Shown one piece after another: positions 26,186 through 32,672 of a stretch of DNA of 38,467 nt (positions within the stretch are counted from its first letter, which is position 1; the number at the start of each line of letters is the position of its first letter). The stretch spans positions 1-38,467 of the IMG/VR virus record IMGVR_UViG_3300044580_000551. One strand, 5' to 3'. Under the pieces are notes generated by a model, which saw only the letters and a list, made by a program, of their open reading frames with translations, was not told the DNA's origin and ran no database searches. Source of the stretch: a virus (Duplodnaviria > Caudoviricetes). The position numbers were made by a program, and so were the translations under genes.

Positions 26186-27484
26186 CTAACCCTCCACTTT
26201 CATAGCTTTTTCGCCGGTGAAGTCCTCCCAGCGTTTAACCGCCAAATCGCAGTATACAGGCGACAGCTCCATCGCATAGCATTTACGCTCGGTCTGTTCT
26301 GCCGCAATAATGGTCGTGCCGCTGCCGGAAAACGGCTCCAGCACAATACCGCCCTTATCGCTGTGCATTTTGATGCAGCGCCATGGAAGCTCCACAGGGA
26401 ACATGGCGGGGTGCTCCTTGTTTGCCCGGACTGTCGTCATCTCCCAAATGCCGGCATAGCCCCACTTCTTTCGCTCTTCCTTGGTCAGCCGCTTCACAAA
26501 TCGGTAGCTGTGCCCGGCAAAGGCCGAAAGCCACACATACTCCTGATCGTTATATTCCTCTGCCTCGCCGTTATTGCTGAACGCCGAAACGTATTCATAC
26601 TGCTGAACCGGCTTGTTTGAAACAAGGTGATAGGGTCCAACGCCGAAGTTTTGCCCCTGCTTCTTCCAGATGCGGATCCATATGGGGCGGTAGCCGTTAT
26701 CCAGAAACATATTCACGCTGTATACGCTGGTAGGCTCAATAAACTGGGAGCCGGTGGCGTAAAGGTCGCCCAGGTTCCAGCAAACAATATCCGCATGCCT
26801 GCACAGATTTCTGATAACCGGGCGCACGGTTTCAAACCACGGCTCGATCCCAGCTTTCTCATATTCTTTGCCCACTCCGTATGGCGGGGAGGTAACCGCC
26901 ATCTGTGCATGATTGCCGTTCATTAACTTCTCAAAATCCTCCTCGCTCGTGGAGTCGCCGCACATCAGGCGGTGGTTCCCGAGAAGCCAGATATCGCCCC
27001 GTCTGGTTGCCGGTTCACGCTGAATAATTTCCTCGTGCGCCTTGTCTATGTCAAAGCTGTCCTGCACCGCTTCCTTGGAGTACCAGCGGTTGAGAAGCTC
27101 GTCGATTTCCGAAGCGTCAAATCCTGTGAGCGACACATCAAACGCGCCTGCGTCAAGCTCGGCCATCAGTTCCGCCAGTTTGTTTTCGTCCCACTCGCCC
27201 TGAATCTTGTTGAGGGCGAGATTAAGCGCTTTTTCCCTCTGCGGGTCAAGTTCCACCACGACACAGTCGATTTCGGCCTGCCCCAAATCCAGCAGCACCT
27301 TCAGCCGCTGGTGTCCGCCTACCACATTGCCGGTCTTCTTATTCCAGATAACAGGCTCCACATAGCCAAATTCCTCTATCGAGCGTTTAAGTTTTTCATA
27401 TTCCTTGTCGCCGGGCTTTAAGTCCCTGCGGGGATTATATGCCGCGGGATTCAACAGCTCGGCTCTGATTTTCTGTATGTTCAA
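26186..27484 (-). CDS. ParB-like domain + amino-DNA methyltransferase (SPPY, N4-cytosine type)
   Basis: YNPRR..VVGGHQR; VTSPPY, HPAMFP, EPFSGSGTT; TTG start after GAGGTG. Confidence 0.92.
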   Translation of the reverse strand: MNIQKIRAELLNPAAYNPRRDLKPGDKEYEKLKRSIEEFGYVEPVIWNKKTGNVVGGHQRLKVLLDLGQAEIDCVVVELDPQREKALNLALNKIQGEWDENKLAELMAELDAGAFDVSLTGFDASEIDELLNRWYSKEAVQDSFDIDKAHEEIIQREPATRRGDIWLLGNHRLMCGDSTSEEDFEKLMNGNHAQMAVTSPPYGVGKEYEKAGIEPWFETVRPVIRNLCRHADIVCWNLGDLYATGSQFIEPTSVYSVNMFLDNGYRPIWIRIWKKQGQNFGVGPYHLVSNKPVQQYEYVSAFSNNGEAEEYNDQEYVWLSAFAGHSYRFVKRLTKEERKKWGYAGIWEMTTVRANKEHPAMFPVELPWRCIKMHSDKGGIVLEPFSGSGTTIIAAEQTERKCYAMELSPVYCDLAVKRWEDFTGEKAMKVEG

Positions 27485-27485
27485 A

Positions 27486-28037
27486 TCAACCACCTCTTCT
27501 TGCGGTCAGAAGTTTTTCCATCACGTCGTCGTGCGGTGTCGCCCCTTTAAATTCGCTGGCGCAGTTTTCGCGCACTACTTGGTAAATCTGATACCACAGG
27601 TTGTTGGCCTGCTTCATGAAGCTTTGGCTCATGGCCACATAAGGCGAGGGAATGGCGTTGCCGGTGGTCGGATGCTTGGCAAGAAAGCCGAACTCGGTAA
27701 TGCATTCCTCGCACTGGATCCACCGCGCCACGCTCTGGGCGTATTGCTCGATTAGCTGCGCAGGGATAAGATGATCACACCGGCGCTCCTTAAGCCACTG
27801 CCATGTTTTTTCGTATATTTCCACCGCCAGCGTCGCCTTGCCGTTCTTCTGCTTTGCGGCGAGATAATCCCTCGGCGGCGGCATGCTTTGTCCTTCCAGA
27901 TCTGCAGTGTCCGTAAACTCCATTACCATAAGCTTGCGTCTGCCTGGGTTTCCTTCCAGAATCTTGTCAGCCAGCGGCTTTTTCTTCTGTCCCGCGCCAA
28001 TACGCGCTCCGCCGCGGCTGGTACCGTCCTTTGCCAT
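27486..28037 (-). CDS. terS: Terminase small subunit (P27-like family)
   Basis: RGGARIGAG, GNPGRR, IEQYA, SPYV; follows HNH gene. Confidence 0.88.
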   Translation of the reverse strand: MAKDGTSRGGARIGAGQKKKPLADKILEGNPGRRKLMVMEFTDTADLEGQSMPPPRDYLAAKQKNGKATLAVEIYEKTWQWLKERRCDHLIPAQLIEQYAQSVARWIQCEECITEFGFLAKHPTTGNAIPSPYVAMSQSFMKQANNLWYQIYQVVRENCASEFKGATPHDDVMEKLLTARRGG

Positions 28038-28097
28038 ACACATCACCTCGATTCATGTAATTAATTGGGGCCTGCAAAGCGCAGTTTGCGACGACGA

Positions 28098-28186
28098 GGG
28101 TATATACCCCGTTTGAAACCGCGACTTTTCGCGCGCGACCCCACGCCCGTTGCACAAAACTACTTCGCCAAAGATTTTGACCCCCC
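28098..28186 (-). other. Candidate cos/packaging-site region
   Basis: HNH-terS intergenic; GGGGGGTCAAAATCT, AACGGGCGTGGGGTC, palindrome GGGTATATACCC. Confidence 0.55.
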
Positions 28187-28545
28187 TATCGTCTCGCCCA
28201 TCGCTCTCCTTCGCGGGCAGTGATCGATGAGTGGCATTGTTTGCACAGGCTCATAAGGTTACTGTCTGCATTGGTTCCGCCTTTGGATAAAGGGATAATA
28301 TGATGTACCTCTTCAGCTGATGTAAGCCTTCCGTACTTTTGACATTCCTCGCAAAGCGGGTGCTCTGAGATATATCTGTCCCTGATGCGCTTCCATGTCC
28401 TGCCGTAGCGTTTTCGTGTTTCCGTGTCGCGCCCATATTTGTTGTATATTGCGTCCATTTCCTTTTGGTGTTTCTCGCAGAATCTTCCGTCCGTCAGCTC
28501 CGGACAGCCGGGATAGCTGCACGGGCGCTTGGGTTTTCTTGGCAT
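28186..28545 (-). CDS. Packaging-associated HNH endonuclease
   Basis: CEEC, VHHIIPL..GG, NLMSLCKQCH. Confidence 0.92.
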   Translation of the reverse strand: MPRKPKRPCSYPGCPELTDGRFCEKHQKEMDAIYNKYGRDTETRKRYGRTWKRIRDRYISEHPLCEECQKYGRLTSAEEVHHIIPLSKGGTNADSNLMSLCKQCHSSITAREGERWARR

Positions 28546-28565
28546 AGTCCCATCCCTCATGCATG

Positions 28566-28599
28566 GAAAAAGCCCTCAGGGCGTTTGCCCCAAAGGCTT
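28566..28599 (-). terminator. Terminator-like hairpin just after putative late promoter
   Basis: AAGCCTTTGGGGC-aaac-GCCCTGAGGGCTT then TTT. Confidence 0.6.
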
Positions 28600-28630
28600 C
28601 TGTGTGATTATCATACTATTTCATGCTACA

Positions 28631-28674
28631 AGTATAGCACAGAACAAAGCAAACAAACCGCCATCAAACCGCCA
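28631..28674 (-). promoter_or_regulatory. Putative activator-dependent late promoter
   Basis: Direct repeats TGGCGGTTTG (28674-28665, 28663-28654) and extended -10 TGcTATACT. Confidence 0.7.
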
Positions 28675-28678
28675 ACTT

Positions 28679-29131
28679 TTATTTGCCGAACAGCATCAGT
28701 GAAAGGCGTGAAAGCGCCTTGCTGCGCAGGCGTTCAATCTGTCTTTCGCTGTAATTGAGCTCGCACTGAAGCCTGGAAGCTGCCCCGGAACGCTGGTTGC
28801 CGGTCATATAGAATTCACGCAGGATATGCTGTTCCTCATCGGTCAAGGCGCCCCACGCCGGTTCAAACCAGCCCATGTATTCTATCGCCTGACGGTAGCG
28901 TTCCTGAAGCACGTCCAGCTTGTCAAGAGACTCCGCCAGCGCTTCCTCTCCGCTTCGCGGGTTCCACGCCCTCGGAAGGCCGGTAATCTTAGCCGCGCGG
29001 GGACTAATCATCCGGTCGTAAAGTTCTTTTATCTCCTGCGGTGTGATGTTGATGACATTCCGCATGCTGTTGTAGTCCTTGATGGCGGCGATCGTCGCCG
29101 CCGGTTTGTCTATGTATCTCCACGCTATCAC
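28679..29131 (-). CDS. RinA/ArpU-like late transcriptional regulator
   Basis: C-terminal sigma region-4-like HTH (LTDEEQHIL..YSERQIERLRSKAL); last gene before packaging module. Confidence 0.78.
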   Translation of the reverse strand: MIAWRYIDKPAATIAAIKDYNSMRNVINITPQEIKELYDRMISPRAAKITGLPRAWNPRSGEEALAESLDKLDVLQERYRQAIEYMGWFEPAWGALTDEEQHILREFYMTGNQRSGAASRLQCELNYSERQIERLRSKALSRLSLMLFGK

Positions 29132-29438
29132 GAGCGCCCACCTCTAAGTTTTCAAGAATGGATAAGCCGTTTATAACGGCTCTGACATCTTCGACGCTTG
29201 TCACTTTGAAGGCCTCGCCCTTTGCAGCCTTGATTTTACGCATCGCCGCTTCCTGAAGCTTTGTCAGCCTGCCGGACGCTGTTTTCACCTCAAAGGCGAC
29301 AAACCTGCCTTTAAAGCAGTAGATGATGTCCGGCAGACCGGCTGTGCCGTACATGCCGCCGTGCTCTTTCCAGCAGAAGCATTCCGGCACAGACTTTAAA
29401 TACCGCATGATTGCGTTTACGATATCTCTTTCTGCCAT
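29004..29438 (-). CDS. VRR-NUC nuclease
   Basis: E.DI, GLPDII, AFEVK, GRLTKLQ; C-terminal 42 codons overlap the next gene. Confidence 0.88.
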   Translation of the reverse strand: MAERDIVNAIMRYLKSVPECFCWKEHGGMYGTAGLPDIIYCFKGRFVAFEVKTASGRLTKLQEAAMRKIKAAKGEAFKVTSVEDVRAVINGLSILENLEVGARDSVEIHRQTGGDDRRHQGLQQHAECHQHHTAGDKRTLRPDD

Positions 29439-29458
29439 AACGCCGCTCCTTAGTTCCT

Positions 29459-29724
29459 GAACGGGTTTTGAACGGGAGCGAACGGGTCGCGAACCGGTTT
29501 TAGGTGCTAAAAACCCAGTATTTTTGCCGCTTTGAACGGGTTGAACGGGTTTTTATCCATATTCTTTTATATATATTAATTTCTCTCTATATACCCCTTG
29601 CTGTTCTGGTTCCTATATAAGAAATAGGAAAAAGTGGTTCACCTCGTTCAAAGTCCGATATTACAAGGCTTTTACGCGTTTTAAAGCGGTTCACGGCCCG
29701 TTCGTTTTTGCCCCAGACCCGTTC
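29459..29724. repeat. Iteron array / probable replication origin
   Basis: GAACGGG at 29459, 29470, 29480, 29534, 29543 and variant at 29491; AT-rich centre; inverted copies at 29697, 29718 and partial ones at 29636-29693. Confidence 0.75.
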
Positions 29725-29746
29725 AATATGTTTGCGTGTTCTCATA

Positions 29747-32248
29747 TCATTGCCCATTCAAGCGTATGCCGCGCCATGTTTTGCGGCGGCTGACCTTTTC
29801 AAGCCCGCGCTCCACGCGCTCGCCCAGGCTTTCAATATCCTTGTTGAAGTTGGCCTGCGACATCGGCTTGAACCCGTTTTTCAGGCAATAGTCCCGGTAT
29901 GCCTGGAAAAGCTCCTCCCGGACGCATTCCGCATCTTCCTCCAGTATGCAGCATTCCTCCACAAACGACAGGGCGCTGTTGCTCTCCACCTTGTATCTCT
30001 GCAGCTCGGCTTTAGTCATTTCGGTTTCCGAAAACGCATAGCCGTTCGCAATCAGGCGCTTAAGCCCCTCAAGCGCCCACATAAAGATGCCGTCCCGCTC
30101 CGCCGCGAGTTTCTCTATGAGGTTCGGGTCCCTCTTTTCCGGCGGCACCGGGTTTTCAAACCGGATGATGATGAGCCTGCGGTAGAACCCCTCGCTGCGG
30201 TCGCCGTAGTTGCGGGGGATCTCGTTGCAGGAAAACAGAAGCCGGGCGTAGGGCTTGAAGCTGAAAGGATTCTTGTTCTTGCGCTCGGCGGTGATGTAGT
30301 CCTCTCCGGTCAATGCCTTGAAAATGCCGTTGTCGTCTACGCTTTTCGAAGGCAGGTCGGCAAAGATGTTGGCAAGCTTGCCGAACAGCTCCGCTGTTTT
30401 GAAGCGGTCACTTAAGGACTGCCATGGGATGTTGCTTACGTTTTCGCTCCCGAGTAGGATTTCCTGCGCGACGGACAGCAGCGTCGATTTGCCCGCGTTG
30501 GGCGCACCCACCAGAACGAAGCTCTTCTGCGCCTTGTTGACCGGGATGAGGAGGTACCCGAATATCTCCTGCACCAGACGGATTTCCGCGTCTCCCAGAA
30601 TGCTCTGAAGAAAGGCCATAAATTTCGGGCACTCTGCGTTTTCATTGTACGAGGCTTTGAGCTGCACCGTAGAATAATACTCCGGCGTGTGCGCCTTGAA
30701 GCTCCCGTCCAGCACGTTGTACAGCCCGTTTTTAAGGTTGATGATAAAAGGGTTGCAGTTGATTTCCCGGATGGGTTTGTAAATGAGCATCCGCCACTGG
30801 CCCTCCGTATCGTTGATTGCCGACATGGTGGCGTACCGCTCGATGAGATGCCCGCGCACCCTGGCCGCCGCCTGCAGATCGGAAGCCGCTTTGTATACGC
30901 CGTTTTCGTAGATGTAATAGCTTTCCGCCCCGTAAAAGGCGCTGACGTTTTTGGACATGTGGCTTGCAAGCAGGCCCGGGATAAAGCGCAGGCCGCCGCG
31001 CTCGAAGGGTTCGTACCAGTCCGGCAGTTCTTCGCCCATGGTTTCCCGCTTTGTTTCCTTGCTCTCGCGGTATTCCTTGAAAAGATCCTTCTGCAATGTG
31101 GAAAGGGATTTGACTGCCGGAGTCTTGAGCCCATAATGCTCCTTCATTTCGTATTCAATGAACGTCCCGGCAATAACCGGATCCGCATTGTACAGAAAAT
31201 CCCGGATAAAATCCTGCGCTTTCTGCACGTTGTCCACAGCCGACTTTGCAACCGGCTGCCCGGACAGAAATTCGCGCAGTTCCTCCACGGAAAGCGGCTT
31301 GTAGCAGAGGGCGGCCGGAGCCTTGCAGCCGCAGGAACTGTCCTCCAGCTTGGGGCACCTAAAGCCCTTTTCCGCGATCGTTCTGCAGGTGATGGGTTTC
31401 GTGCCGCTCTCCAGAAAATGATTGATTTTGTCCTGCGTTTCTTTATGGCTGTACTTAGGATACGGTTTTGACAAGGCGTGGATCAGTCGGTCTCCGCCTT
31501 CAAAAACCGCAAGGTTCGCAATCATTGCATACCAGTCATGCTCCGAAAGCGTCTTTGCATTGTCCCTGCAGTGCTGTATAAACAGGCACCGCCTGCCGAC
31601 CAGCTCAAGGCCTTTTCGCGTTCCTTTCGGAGCGGGTGTGCCGGGTTTCGGCTCTTCCCGGATCTCCGGCAATGCCGCTTCAAGCTCCGCCTGCGTATAG
31701 CGCAGCTCGGGGCTGAATTTGATGCACTCCACCATGACCGGCTCTTCCTTGCAATGGTAAAAGCCCGGCAGGCGCAGCACCCGGCTCTCGTTGACGCAGG
31801 CTGGATCGCCGTTGAATTTGGCTATCAGGCGTTTTTGCACCCGGCGGAAATCCTCGACTTTGGCATTCTTCATCAGCCAGTATGTGTGCAATGATTTTCT
31901 AGTCTTGACGATAAGCGAGGGCTCTAGCGGAAACGCTTCAATCGCGGCAAGCTGCTCCTTAAAACTCAGGCTGTCGCACTCCACAAACTGGGCGTTGATG
32001 CGGGTTATATCCGCATCCTCATGGCCGCCGTAATTGACGACAAAGAAAATGCCCCGGTTCTTTGCGTTATGTTTTTTCAGGGTTTCCATCATGCTGCCGA
32101 TTCTGCCCGCAGCGCACTCCAGCTTTGTACCCTTGAAGGCGGGATCCTTCCGGTCGCTGAATATCCGCAGGCAGACCGTTTCGCCCGCGTCGAAAAACGG
32201 GCGCAAAAACTCCTCGATGGGAATATCCAGCGCTTTAACCCCTTGCAC
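29747..32248 (-). CDS. Primase-helicase (RepB/AEP-like primase, Cys-rich domain, D5/P4-type SF3 helicase)
   Basis: FVECD, KSLHTYW, RLPGF; GAPNAGKS Walker A, FSCNEIP, RRLIII. Confidence 0.92.
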   Translation of the reverse strand: MQGVKALDIPIEEFLRPFFDAGETVCLRIFSDRKDPAFKGTKLECAAGRIGSMMETLKKHNAKNRGIFFVVNYGGHEDADITRINAQFVECDSLSFKEQLAAIEAFPLEPSLIVKTRKSLHTYWLMKNAKVEDFRRVQKRLIAKFNGDPACVNESRVLRLPGFYHCKEEPVMVECIKFSPELRYTQAELEAALPEIREEPKPGTPAPKGTRKGLELVGRRCLFIQHCRDNAKTLSEHDWYAMIANLAVFEGGDRLIHALSKPYPKYSHKETQDKINHFLESGTKPITCRTIAEKGFRCPKLEDSSCGCKAPAALCYKPLSVEELREFLSGQPVAKSAVDNVQKAQDFIRDFLYNADPVIAGTFIEYEMKEHYGLKTPAVKSLSTLQKDLFKEYRESKETKRETMGEELPDWYEPFERGGLRFIPGLLASHMSKNVSAFYGAESYYIYENGVYKAASDLQAAARVRGHLIERYATMSAINDTEGQWRMLIYKPIREINCNPFIINLKNGLYNVLDGSFKAHTPEYYSTVQLKASYNENAECPKFMAFLQSILGDAEIRLVQEIFGYLLIPVNKAQKSFVLVGAPNAGKSTLLSVAQEILLGSENVSNIPWQSLSDRFKTAELFGKLANIFADLPSKSVDDNGIFKALTGEDYITAERKNKNPFSFKPYARLLFSCNEIPRNYGDRSEGFYRRLIIIRFENPVPPEKRDPNLIEKLAAERDGIFMWALEGLKRLIANGYAFSETEMTKAELQRYKVESNSALSFVEECCILEEDAECVREELFQAYRDYCLKNGFKPMSQANFNKDIESLGERVERGLEKVSRRKTWRGIRLNGQ

Positions 32249-32669
32249 TTTGCTTCACCTCCGCGCATTGCCCGGTGAAATGCCGGACGGGGATGCCGAG
32301 CCGCTTTGCCTTTTCCAGTTCTATCGCCATGCCGGGGGATATTTTATTACCGAAACACCACAGTTCATGGCATTTTGAGAGCAATACCAATCCCATAAAG
32401 ATAGCAAGGTTCCTCTGGGTTTTGTCGCCGTCATTCATAAACTGCGGGAACAGCAAATGGGGCGCCAGCGGTATTGCGCCTTTCGTTACGGCAAACCGGC
32501 AATAGCGCCTTGCCTGCTCCAGATTATGCTCAACGTCGCCTGCCAGCGGCGAGCAGATGAACACCAGCGGGCGGAACGCCGCTTTTTTTGCCTCCCGCGT
32601 GGTGGCCAGCAGCGCTTCATAAGCCGTCAGATCAAGGTATCCTTCGGCGTTGTATTTGCTTATGCCCAT
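32235..32669 (-). CDS. DUF4406 / nucleoside deoxyribosyltransferase-like protein
   Basis: VFICSPLAGD, APHLLFPQF, CHELW.FG..ISPGM..E. Confidence 0.75.
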   Translation of the reverse strand: MGISKYNAEGYLDLTAYEALLATTREAKKAAFRPLVFICSPLAGDVEHNLEQARRYCRFAVTKGAIPLAPHLLFPQFMNDGDKTQRNLAIFMGLVLLSKCHELWCFGNKISPGMAIELEKAKRLGIPVRHFTGQCAEVKQSARG

Positions 32670-32672
32670 ACG

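Noticed and set aside
24927-28545. Methyltransferases plus HNH as a restriction-modification system
   Set aside because: The HNH is the small terminase-associated type next to terS.
29596-29630. CCTTGCT on + strand as a fourth copy of the promoter motif
   Set aside because: Lacks ATGT(A/C)C at 22 bp and has no downstream gene in that orientation.
29459-29724. Repeat cluster as a CRISPR array
   Set aside because: Repeats are 7 bp, irregularly spaced and in both orientations; no cas genes.
29587-29745. 52-codon minus-strand ORF (MRTRKHIERV...) across the origin
   Set aside because: No RBS; sequence is explained by iterons.
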